Source of the DNA: Mobula birostris
Taxonomy: Eukaryota
Length of the DNA: 64,000 nucleotides
Reading direction: 5' to 3'
Assembly: GCF_030028105.1 (NCBI RefSeq)
Contig: NC_092370.1
Span: 198,320,005 to 198,384,004 of the forward strand
This document shows positions 51,165 through 62,885 of this stretch, piece by piece. A program made the position numbers and the translations under genes. Under the pieces are notes generated by a model. It ran no database searches, was not told the origin of the DNA, and saw only the letters and a list, made by a program, of their open reading frames with translations. The stretch's first letter is position 1. Every line of letters starts with the position of its first letter.

Positions 51165-52372
51165 CCCAGGAGAAGCAGGGTGAATCCAACTTGACCAATT
51201 ACCACCCTATTAGTCTACTCTGAATCATCAGCAAAGTGATGGAAAGGGTCATCGATAGTGCTCTTAACAGTACTTGCTTAGCAACAGCCTGCTCACAGAA
51301 GCTCATTGTGGGCCCCACCTCATTACAGTCATGGTCCAAACATGGACAAAAAAACTAACCTCCAGAGGTGAAGTGAGGATAATTGCCTGTGACATCAGGG
51401 ATCCAGGCTAAAATGGAGTCAGAGAGGGTTGGGGGCAAATGCTCTACAAAGGACATTGTTGTGTGGTTGAAGGTAGGCAATTTGAGTTCCTCGGGATGGT
51501 TCTTCACTCTCAGCTGCTTCGTCAATGACCGTACTTCAATAGTAAGGTCAGAAGTAAGGATGGTCAGCTCTGTTCCTGACTCCTCAGGTAAGGAAGCAGT
51601 CCATAATCAAATTCAGCAAGAACTGGACAATATCCCGGCTAAGGCTATTGGCAGCTATTAATGACACAAATGTGCCATGCAATGATGATACCCTATAAGA
51701 GAAAATCCAACTATTACTCCCTGATATTCATTACCATCACTGAATCCCAACCTGTCAAAATCTGTAGGGATACCACTGATCAGACGCTGAATTGGAATAG
51801 CCATACATAAAATGTGGCTACAAGAGCAGAGTCAGGCATTAGGAATCCTGTAATGAGTAACTCATTTCGTAAGTCCCCAAAGCCTGTCTATCAGCTACAA
51901 GGCTGAAGTCAGGAGTGCGATGGGACATTCACCTGGATGTGTGCAGCTTCAACACTGAAGAAGCCTAACAACATACAGGACATAGCAGGCCATTTGATAG
52001 GCACTCCACCCACAACCACTCACTCAAGCTTCATTGCTACATTGTGCATAGCAGCAGTATGCTCCATCTACTGCAGTAATTCATCAAGATACTTTGGACA
52101 GCAACCCCCAAACCCACAACCGCTACCAGCTAGAAGGACAAGGGCAGTAAAAGCACGTGAACACCACTACTGGGAGATTGCCCTCCAAGCCCCACACTTG
52201 GAAGTATATTGTTATTTTTTCACCATCACCGGGTCACACTCCTGGAACTCTCCCTATCCATTGCAGCCGTTGAGATGTAGGGGTACCCATGTCTCAAGAC
52301 TGCAGTGGTTCAAGACGACAGCTCACCACCACCTTCTCAGGGGCAACTAGGGATGGGCAATAAATGCTGGTA
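51165..52372 (+). mobile_element. CR1-group LINE, decayed
   Basis: NYHPISLL.IISKVME and tail GCTCACCACCACCTTCTCAGGGGCAACTAGGGATGGGCAATAAATGC. Confidence 0.8.
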
Positions 52373-53281
52373 AAGATGAGTGTAAAACAAAGGCCACCAA
52401 AGGCTGAAGTTATTCATATCAGCTACCTTGAATAAAATGTGCAATGTTGCAAGTATGTTAAACAGAATGAAAACTGGAATTTTGAGTTTGGGAAGAGTGA
52501 AAAATCGATATGGAGTTCACAAGGTAGGGCAAAAATTAGGCTAGATCTTAGCCTTTGTTTCTACCATGGTTTGCATTCTAAGGCTCTCATTCCGGTTAAT
52601 TGAAGACTACCAAGAAGGGAGCAAAGTTAAGATTTTGTATGGGGTGATGAAGTACCAGAAGCTAATGAGCATAAATCATGTCTATTATTTCATAGAATGT
52701 AATGCTGTATTAGTACTTAATGAAAGGCTGTTATAGATAGATACCTCAGTTTTTCCTTGGAGAGAAAAAGGAGTTACCACTTAACTACATCTAGGTCCAG
52801 GCCCAAAGCAACTTTAGCTTTCATTGTTCAACTATTGATCTTCAATAAGCCTTTTAATTTTATCCATAATAATAATTTGGAAAACTGTTTGATGCAATCA
52901 CAGTCCAGTACAAAATTCCTTCCTGAGATAAAACCCCTCCCTTGATACATTGGAGAACTGTCCTGCATTAGAAGTGTCATAGGATCGGGAACTGAAGTTA
53001 AATGTTAGCTAGAATGTTGTGGTCAGTGGTGAGATGATGTCACTTGTCATCGTCTTGTCTTGTCACTGTCATTGAACACAAAGAAGCTGTCTGCAAGAAT
53101 CTTGCTCAGTGCAGCATTGGCTTGACCTTCACCAATATTGTTTACTGTCATGTCAGTTATTATCCAATAATAGATTCAGCCTGCTGGCTGAGTGGCAATC
53201 ACATTGATTAATTCTTACAGGAAGTAAACTGCTCAAATTTTAAATGGCAGTCTAAATATTTTACCGAGTGAAGTAAAGACG

Positions 53282-53922
53282 ATAAGAAAAAGAAGCAGCA
53301 ATGGGCTCTATAAGTCTGCCATTCTGGCTGATCTTGCATCCTCATTTTCCTGCCCTATTCCCACGATCCCTTGGTTTCCTACTGCCAAAAATAGTGTTGA
53401 TTTTAGTTGTGTATGTATCATGGGTGAAGAATTCCAAAGATTTACAAGCTGCTGTGGGAAGGTAATTTCTTCCCATTTCAGTCCTAACTGTTTCTTATCC
53501 AGAGTTTATGCATCCACTCCTCTCCTGGAAGTTTTGTACTCTCCAAATGGGGCAACTGCCTTTTAGGACCTATCCTGTCAATTTCTTTTAAGAATTATAT
53601 CTCAATTAGATCATCTACCAATCTTAGTCTATTTTGAGGACAATTTCACCAAGAATCAATCTAATGAATCTGTTTGCCGATCTCCAACTTTATAAGGAAA
53701 CCCAACATGGTGCGTGGTACTTCGATAGATGTCTCATGAAAGTCTTATGCAAGACTTATTCACATTTGTACTCCTAACCCTTTGCAATAAAGGTCAACAT
53801 ATGATTCACCTTTGTAACTGCATGTTTACTAGCCCATCAAAGATTCCTCTTCATATTAACGTTTACTAGATAATCACCCCCCAAAAAAAGTTTTGGTTGA
53901 TTATTCTTCCAACCAAAGTGGT
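53282..53922 (-). mobile_element. CR1 3' region, heavily decayed
   Basis: Patchy colinear similarity to the complement of 40050-40840. Confidence 0.55.
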
Positions 53923-54917
53923 AAGAAATTTTTCCCCCCTTATAACATTTTAAATCTACAATCAAACAAACCAACTTATTTATTCTGTGCCATATCTGAA
54001 CTTTGTGCTGTCATCCTCTGGTTAACAGCTGCCAACAGCTTTGGGATTTAAACATATGCCTGTGAGTCCTGAGTTTACTGGTATTGTCAGGAATGCTTTC
54101 TGGTTGCTCATTGTGAAAAAGCTGACATTTTCTACTTTTACCTTGCCCATTATCCTGCACTATTTATAAAGTACTGTAGTATTGTTTTCTGTTGATGATG
54201 GCAGATGTCATTGATGGCACTCTGTCCATGGCAACTTCTTCCTTATAATGCTTATTTCCTCATCAGGAGCAACTATCCTCAGAGCTTCAGATTAAGCTAC
54301 ATCATCCAATGGATTCCAGTCACGCACCTCTGGAGACCAGAGAAACACCAGAGGAAATCTTGAAATTGAAAATAACCAGTGCAATGCCATTAAAAGTGTG
54401 TTGAATTATTTATATGAAATTCCCTTTTCTAGTGTATTAATAAATGTGATAACCTATTTAGAATAAATAAAATTTGTTGAAATAGTAGAGTTTAATTTTG
54501 AATTTTTGAATCCTTTTGTTTAGTGATCAGCATCTGCTTAAAAGAACCACGGAGAGACAATAGTGCATTACAATCTGTGAAGAAGTACGTGAGTTTCAAA
54601 AGGATGAATGTTTGAATAATTCTGCCATAAGTAATGCCTTAATTTTATATTTATCTGTTCATAATCTGCACTTTCACTATACCTACCTTATGTCCACTGA
54701 GCTTTTCCTGTTCCATGGTGGTTCATCGAATAAATGATTCTTTCTTTGTCCACGTAGTGCTACTGCTGGTAACTGGACAGTTCAGAAAAAGCTGAATTAA
54801 TTTGACCCATGGAAAAATGGCTATTCTTTACACGCACTTTCTGCAACACCCCTTGCCCAGCCTGGAATCTGTTTGATGTGTGCATCAAATTGGTTGAGTT
54901 TAGGTGTCAGCTGATGA

Positions 54918-55476
54918 GAGGAGACTGAGGTCCTTTAACATCTGCCGGACGATGCTGAGGATGTTCTATGAGTCTGTGGTGGCCAGTGCGATCATGTTTG
55001 CTGTTGTGTGCTGGGGCAACAGGCTGAGGGTAGCAGGCACCAACAGAATCAACAAACTCATTCGTAAGGCCAGTGATGTTGTGGGGATGGAACTGGACTC
55101 TCTCACGGTGGTGTCTGAAAAGAGGATGCTGTCCAAGTTGCATGCCATCTTGGACAATGTCTCCCATCCACTATATAATGTACTGGTTGGGCACAGGAGT
55201 ACATTCAGCCAGAGACTCATTCCATGGAGATGCAACACAGAGCGTCATAGGAAGTCATTCCTGCCTGTGGCCATCAAACTTTACAACTCCTCCCTTGGCG
55301 GGTCAGACACCCTGAGCCAATAGGCTGGTCCTGGACTTATTTCCTGGCATAATTTACATATTACTGTTTAACTATTCATGGTTTTATTACTATTTAATTA
55401 TTTATGGTGCAACTGTAACAAAAACCAATTTCCCTCGGGATCAATGAAGTATAAGTGTGACTATGACTATGACTAT
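54918..55476 (+). mobile_element. Rex1/Babar LINE 3' end
   Basis: RRLRSFNICRTMLRMFYESVVASAIMFAVVCWG...HPL..RKSFLPVAIKLYN and a (GACTAT)n tail. Confidence 0.9.
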
Positions 55477-55685
55477 CATGCACCCACTTACTGCACTAAA
55501 ACATGATTTAAAAAGTTAATGCTTCAGTAGCAGTACTGAAGCTCCAGAAATGGATTTTGCAGACCATATTTATTGTGTGAAGAACATGAGCGCTTGAGTG
55601 CGTATTACTTAGGATGTCTTTTATAGAGTGACTGTATTCAGAAGATAAAAGAGCAATTGTTCCATTATCACTACCACCACTAAGT

Positions 55686-57194
55686 CATCATGGCTATCCC
55701 TCGAGGTGGAGGATGATGGTCTTTGTTCTGAAGAAGTGGCCCACAGAGCGAAGACACCTGTGTGTGCATTTGTTTAATATGTTCGAAATTGTCTACAGAA
55801 CAGATGGCAGACTTTTCAGTCTTGCCTGTTTCAAATCCAAAACGAAGACATCCATGAGTTCCCTCATCGAGTTCCAATACGCAGATGACAACAGTGTTGC
55901 AGCTCTTTCAGAAAACCGCCTACAACAGATTCTGACTGCCTTCAACCGTGCATACACGAAACTTGGACTTACCATCAATTCCAAGAAGACTCAGATCATC
56001 TATCAACCATCACCGATTGAGACAAATCGGATAGAACCATCATTTCAACTTGGCGAAACAACACTGGAAAACGTGGACCATTTTCCGTATCTTGGAAGTC
56101 ACCTCTCCTCCAATGTTGACCTTAATGACGAGATCCAACATCGTCTTAAATGCGCTGCAACAGCTCTTGGACATCTCCGAACAAGAGTCTTTCATGATCA
56201 TGACATCCGAAAAGATACCAAAATATTAGTGTACCAAGCAGTGGTAATCCCAACGCTCCTGTATGCATCAGAAACCTGGACAACATACCGACGACGTCTG
56301 AATGCACTTGAAAAGTTCCATCAATGCTGTCTTCAAAACATCTTAAATATCAGCTGGGAAGATAGAAGAACCAACGTCAGTGTGCTAAATGAAGCAAAAA
56401 CAACAAGCATTGAGGCCTACATCATCAAGAACCAACTAAGATGGAGTGGTCTTGTTGTTCAGATGAAAGACGAAGTCTGCCGCAACAAATCTACTCCCAG
56501 CTTAAAGAAGGCAAACGTAAAAGAGGCGGACAACAGAAGAGATTCAAAGACATCTTAAAAGCCAACATGAAGAAATGTAACATCGACATCAACAATTGGG
56601 AAACCAATGCCAAGGACAGGAAACTCTGGCAAGCCATCATCCGAGAAGGAACGGCAACTTACGAAGGCAACAGATGTGCAGAATTAGAAGAAAAGAGAAG
56701 AAAATGGAAAGAGAGGCAGCAACAACCAAAGCCCGATCTGCCACCTGGAACTACCTGTCCTGAATGCGGAAGAACTTTCAAAGCCAAGATTGGACCCATA
56801 AGCCACTTGAAAGCCCATAAGTAGATCAACAGAATGAAGACTATCATCCTCGACCTCGAGGGATAGCCACGACGACGACTTGATGTTGCACTCCAAGGAG
56901 CACATGATACTTCACAAATCAACCAAATGATTCCAGTGGCATGGAAACCATGATGATTGGAGCTGATGGATTTGTTGCAGCCTTCATCCGCCTTCACAGC
57001 CATTCAAAGTAACTTCGTCCGCCTGTTCCACCGTTGAGGTCTTGGTTGGATTGTTCTTTGTCAGGGACCTCACCCTTGACCTTACCGCCATGGGTGACCC
57101 TACCAGGAGCATAGCTCCAGACGTCATTGCTCTCGAGATCACAGGACCACACAAGCTTCTCCACCACAACAAGGTGACAATCCACGGAGAAGAT
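55686..57194 (-). mobile_element. Non-autonomous RTE-derived element (about 410 bp net; RTE-like 5' UTR plus RTE tail), split by an RTE insertion
   Basis: 14-bp TSD TACCACCACTAAGT (55672-55685 and 57195-57208). The tail matches the nested RTE at 34/38. Confidence 0.85.
55783..56879 (+). mobile_element. 5'-truncated RTE LINE
   Basis: YRTDGRLF..QYADD..FPYLGS..LLYASETW..QLRWSG, terminal C2H2 (CPECGRTF..H...H) and a (CGA)n tail. Confidence 0.93.
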
Positions 57195-58060
57195 TACCAC
57201 CACTAAGTACATTGTTACTGTTTTTAATGGTGTTGCTATGAAGTACAGATTTTCATTAAAGTTTGTCAGGCCTTTAGATTTTACCCTAAACTAAAAGGCA
57301 TGAACATTTTCTCAGATATTTGCAATTACGCAGTCACTGATTATTTGCCTGGCAATGTGACTCGGAGGAACTAACATGAAATTTCTTGTTCATTTCAACT
57401 TTCCTGCATTTCTCATTGATTCATTATTTGTGTCCGAACTGGAGAGCTACTTGAATGAGTAAAGAGGCTTTATGATAACAGAATTTGTCACGTCATCAGG
57501 GTGGCCACTAGAAAGCACTTCCCTTTCTGCTAACTGTTGTCCTGTTACCATATGTGTCCAAATTTATCTTGGGCAAGGACTGGGGCAGTTCTACTGGCAG
57601 CTACTTAGGAGCTGCTAAGGTGCATGAGATTTATACAGCCACATGGCTAATGTGGTAACAGGGGTGACATATGAAATATCCTGACTGGTTCAAGCAGGGT
57701 CTAGTTTGTCGTGTTGTGCGGGGACCACTATTCTAAGGAAAGTCAGCACAGGCATTGCAGTGGGCACTATTGAGCAAGGCATATCGGCAAAAGAAGATTA
57801 CCACAATGACCTTTCACACATCAGATTCCAGGAAGCCCCTAGGGCTGCAATGGAACACCAGTCAGAGGAGATTGATGCGGAAAGGTAATGCATTGAGAAT
57901 CTGATCTCAGCCGAATAAAAATATTAAATCAACTCGTGCCTGCTCAAGATCAGTAAAAACTGCCAGAAATTCCTTCTATATTGTCAAGCCTTATTAACAC
58001 TTCACATTCACTGGCAACTTGTATTACCTGGAAAACTCCAAAGTGCTTTAAAGCAAAATA

Positions 58061-58210
58061 CATCTGTGGAAGGAGAAATAGTCAACATTTCAGATCAAAG
58101 ATGCTTCATCAACTTTTAACCTGAAATGTTAACTCTGTCTCTCTCTCTCCACAGATGTCTGGCTGAGTGTATCTATTTTCTGTTTATATTTTGGATTTCC
58201 TCCAAATGCA
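58061..58210. repeat. Palindromic Penelope-terminus-derived mini-element
   Basis: Arms CATCTGTGGA..AACATTTCAG / CTGAAATGTT..TCCACAGATG. Confidence 0.65.
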
Positions 58211-59680
58211 TTTTAGTTTGATTTTCCAACTTTTGATTTGTCATACTTCTCACATTTTAGAATATAGAACAGAACAGAACAACACAAGAAAAGGCCCCAT
58301 GACCACAATTTTGTGCTGATTTAATTACAAAGTTATCAGGTTTAAAAAAATGATTAAGTTGTAAAAGCTATAAAATTGTTTCACTAGCAAAGTATCCATT
58401 TCCCTAAGAATCACCCTATATCTTACAGATCAAGACTCCATTCTGTACAGTGTATTCATATTTTGAAACTTTGTTATTTATTACTGTTTCGTTCTTAAGG
58501 TTGTAAGGTAATTTGCTACCAACTTGATGTTAATGGGTGCTTTGGACGTGCAATTGTCTCATGTAAGGAAGGAAAGACCATTGGATAATGGTTTATCCTT
58601 CACCATTTGTGCTCCTCTGTTAACAGAGAGCCATTGAGTAAGAACTGGAACTAGAAAATCATGATACCACTCTGAAACCAGTCCATCAAAGATAATTTGA
58701 ATCCACAATACAGGAAACACGTGCTTATTTTTATATCTTTATAAGAATTTATAAGAAATTCAGTTTATTGCTTGTAATTCTCTCCTTCCTTTTAAAGCAA
58801 TTCATTGTTTTTGTTTTGGAGTAGAATTACAGTATATGTGCACTGCTCAACCAAATTTTGCACCTGAAAGCACTGACAATAAAGATTAGAAGGTTACTGA
58901 GCTTTTGGGGATATTTGGTTGACTTTAGCACAACAGACACCAGTATGTATTGTATACCCAGAACGGGCAATAAATGTTCAATTGGATGGGGACTGTCAAG
59001 ACGAGTAATTAGGGTGGTGAGGTTAAGTGGAGTAGTCCTGCCAGTATCTTGGTTGACACTGTCTAACTCCTCACAAACCAGAAACTTTGGAGGTCTGGAC
59101 TTTTCTATAAATGACTTTGCCATTCATCAAATAAATTCTTTGAGCTGGCAGTGGAATCTTCACCTTTTGACTGTGTACATATATAGCTGTGTGTGTTGAT
59201 TTGATATTTACCAGAAATAATCCTCTTTGTGAAACAAAGTGGAGATAGTCAAAATTGCATATTTATGACAAACAAGTAGACCAGAGGAGTAATTATCTTC
59301 CCAAACAGATGTGTGCAAAATATAAAATCTGTGTCTATTGATTCCAAGGAGTTTCCCACTATTATTACCAGAATGTAAAAGGCTTAATTTGCATTGATCC
59401 ATGGCATTTCCATCAATCACAGCTTCTTCATTTCATTGTAGCACAAGGTAATTAGTGAGACAGTAGAGAGTCAGAAATTGAAATTGAAGGGAGGTAAATG
59501 CTTTTCTATTTACATGGTAATTAGAATTTAAATATAAGTTGGCTCTCTTATTGAACTGACTTAATATTTCTTGATGCTGTGAGAAGAAGGTTAATGTCTC
59601 TAGCAGAATTTTTTTTTAACATTTCAGTTTATGATATTTTATCAGCATGGGCAATGCAACAGTTTGCCAACAATAAAAAT

Positions 59681-59865
59681 CAGGAAATGTTGGAAATACT
59701 CAACAGGTCAGGCAAAATCTGTGGAAAGAGAAACAGTTATAATTTCAGGTCAAAGCCTCTTTGTCAGTTCTGAAGCATTAACTTTATTTCTTTTACTGCA
59801 GATGCTGGTGACCTGTTAAGTGCTTCCAGCATTTTCTGTTTTCATTTCCAGCATTTGCAGTTTTT
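59681..59865. repeat. Palindromic Penelope-terminus-derived mini-element
   Basis: About 70-bp imperfect inverted arms at 59681-59750 and 59770-59838. Confidence 0.7.
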
Positions 59866-60784
59866 AATCTTATGTTTACTGACAGCCCTGTGTATAATAC
59901 AAGAACACCCATGTTGAGGAAATTTCCTGCTATTGATGTGTGATTTTCAACTGGAAACGGCAGTGGCTCACTTTCTACAGCACTGCAAAGATTCACATTT
60001 ACTTGCATTAGTTCCATGCTGGAACCTAATAGCCATTTTTCAATCGTTACATTTATGCATTCCTACATTTAAAAGCTGATGAACTGCATCTTATGTTGCT
60101 CTTATTAGAGTGTAATTTCTCACATCATTCTGATTGCTATTGATACAAAATCTAGTTGAAAGCAAATTAAAATAGCTTTAAGACCATCTCGACATTAATC
60201 CCGTAAAAATTGCAGATTCTATGTCAGGCCACTTCATCAACAGGTCATATTGTCCAATACATTCCCATTCCTGTCATAGCTGGACTCTCTCTTGGCTGCT
60301 GCCGTAGTTTCCAGTTTCCTACTTATTCCCATGATCTCCGGCTTCCCTTTCAACAGCTGATGTTGTCTCTGGTCTCCATATCTGCTACTGTAGTGGACTC
60401 TGATCTCTGTCTCTTTTGTTGCCTGGTCTCCAACTTCCCTCTTGACCTCTGCTATGGTCTCTCCTCTCTCTTATTGCCAGTGACGTTTTGATAGTGTTCT
60501 TGTATAAATGGATGTCAGTACACCATTTTAAAGCTTGCTGCTGTAACACCACATTGCAAATAATCCAGAACAATTTTACGTTATCGATCTGGGTCTTGGC
60601 CTTCAGCTGAGCCACATTCAGGATCTTTGGTTCACACTTTGCCACACCATGCCCTTGTTGTCTGACCAGCCAGTACCAGATCCCTCACTTACCTGTGGGT
60701 GGATCAATCAAATTTTAAGGAACTGCAGTGCATTGGGGATTGTGTTATGATTAAGGAATAGTTACTAATATAAAGTATTTAAAT

Positions 60785-61990
60785 GGATGAATTAATTTCA
60801 ATTTCGTCAACTTTGTCTCTAACTTTCACCCTGCCCTCACATTTACATGGTCCTCTAATGCTTCTTTCCCTTTTCTCAATCTCACTGTCTCCATCTATCC
60901 ACAGCTATAGCTTACAAACCTACTGACCCTCACAGTTAATGTGACTGTGGTTCAAATGGTTCCGTTTATTATCAGAGAACGTATATAGTATACAACCTGA
61001 AATTCTTAATCTTTGCAGCCATCCATGAAAAACAGAACCCCAAAAGAATGAACAACAGAAAAATGTTAGAACTCCAAAGCCCCTTCTCCCCCTCCCCTGC
61101 CCAAGCAGCAGCAAAGCATCAACCTTCCCTCTCCCCTCCACCCGTTCCAGTAAAAAGCATCAGCGCCCACCACCACCACCCAAGCAGCAAAGCCCCCAAG
61201 GAGAGACCATGATCTGCATTCAACAAAACCTATATCACAGGCTCTCTCTCACTAACCAGGGACAGAGAGATGTCACCCAATTCACAGTGAAAGGGGAGAC
61301 TAACAGTTGCTGTTACGACATTACAATCTGCCGCGTCGCCTTTTTATTCTGAGATTCTCCGACTCGAGAATCGGCAGCAAACTCTTCCCACCATCGAGAG
61401 AGAGAGCGGTCGCGCAGCTACAGAGAGCGCCATCCGCTTTCGCGAAATCCTGATTATCCTTTTCCCGTGACACCTCCAGCCTGGAGTTGGTCATCCACGG
61501 GGCTGGACAGGGCTGCACTCCGGTGTTTTCCATGCCACACCTGGAAAATGTCAGAAAATGGCTGGTTGATTGGTGAGCTCGAGGACAGGAGCTCGTCCAC
61601 TGTGAAAAGACTGCAGTTTGAGTGCCGTTGCAGATCAGGGACCTCGATGGAACCCCAGCCACCTTGAGAAGGAAAAAAGGGACATTAAAGAGAGGAATTT
61701 AAGCTGTTTCCACAGATGAGCTCAATAAGACAGCCACTTGGCACCATCTTAACCACCCTATACCTCTTCCTAACCTGTCGCTTGTAAAAAAATGCTCATC
61801 CCTTCTTTATATTCATCTGCCGCAGGATGGGGCTTTCCATTCTACCACATCTGAGGTATTCTCATTTTTCAAAGAATGGTGTTACCTTCCATTGATGCTG
61901 CCTCACCTAGATCTCCTCCATTTCCTGCATATGTGCTCTCACTCTTACCTCCCACCCTAACAGGGATAGGGTTCCCCTTCTCCTTATCTA
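60785..61990 (+). mobile_element. Penelope-like ORF fragment (interrupted at 60949-61756)
   Basis: Decayed L.FT..PFLNL.VS..YKPTD.H (RT thumb) continuing after the insertion as YTSS.P..K...RDRVP. Confidence 0.7.
60949..61756 (-). mobile_element. About 800-bp non-coding retroposon (non-autonomous LINE-like)
   Basis: 5' AAGATGGTG (YY1-like), 3' AATAAA plus GAACCATTTGAACC tail, and it splits a colinear Penelope fragment. Confidence 0.65.
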
Positions 61991-62885
61991 CTACACTAAC
62001 CTCCCACCCTAATAGGGATAGGGTTCCCCTTCTTATCTACTACACTAACCTCCCACCCTAACAGGGATAGGGTTCTCCTTCTCCTAACTACTACACTAAC
62101 CAGCCACACTAACAGATAGAGTTCTCCTTCTCCTCTCTACTACACTAACCAGCCACACTAACAGGGATAGAGTTCTCCTTCTCCTATCTACTACACTAAC
62201 CAACCACCCTAACAGGGATAGGGTTCCCCTTCTCCTTATCTACTACACTAACCAATCACCCTAACAGGGATAGAGTTCCCCTTCCCCTATCTACTACACT
62301 AACCAACCACCCTAACAGGGATAGAGTTCCCCTTCTCTTTATCTACTACACTAACCTCCCACCCTAACAGGGATAGAGTTCCCCTTCTTATCTACTACAC
62401 TAACCAGCCACACTAACAGGGATAGAGTTCTCCTTCTCCTCTCTACTACACTAACCAGCCACACTAACAGGGATAGAGTTCTCCTTCTCCTATCTACTAC
62501 ACTAACCAACCACCCTAACAGGGATAGAGTTTTCTTTCTCTTATCTACTACACTAACCTCCCACCCTAACAGGGATAGAGTTCTCTTTCTCTTATCTACT
62601 ACACTAACCTCCCACCCTAACAGGGATAGAGTTCTTTTTCTCTTATCTACTACACTAACCAGCCATCCTAACAGGGATAGGGTTCCCCTTCTCCTTATCT
62701 ACTACACTAACCAGTCACCCTAACAGGGATCGAGTTCTCTTTCTCTTATCTACTACACTAACCTCCCACCCTAACAGGGATAGAGTTGTTTTTCTCTTAT
62801 CTATTACACTAACCAGCCACCCTAACAGGGATAGGGTTCCCCTTCTCCTTATCTACTACACTAACCAGCCACCCTAACAAGGATA
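61952..62885. repeat. Minisatellite, 18 full units of 49-52 bp plus a partial unit
   Basis: Unit CCACCCTAACAGGGATAG(A/G)GTTCYCYTTCTCYTATCTACTACACTAACC(AG/TC/AA). Confidence 0.97.

Noticed and set aside
55713-56558. 281-aa ORF as an intact gene
   Set aside because: It is a 5'-truncated RTE fragment with a start borrowed from the antisense host element and a frameshift near 56475.
60687-60695. Perfect minus-strand donor CAG|GTAAGT
   Set aside because: No convincing partner acceptor or coding frame. One such 9-mer is plausible by chance in 128 kb of strand sequence.
61952-62885. CRISPR-like array or telomeric repeat (units contain ACCCTAAC)
   Set aside because: No unique spacers, no cas genes and a eukaryotic context. 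CCCTAA occurs at most once per unit, not in tandem.
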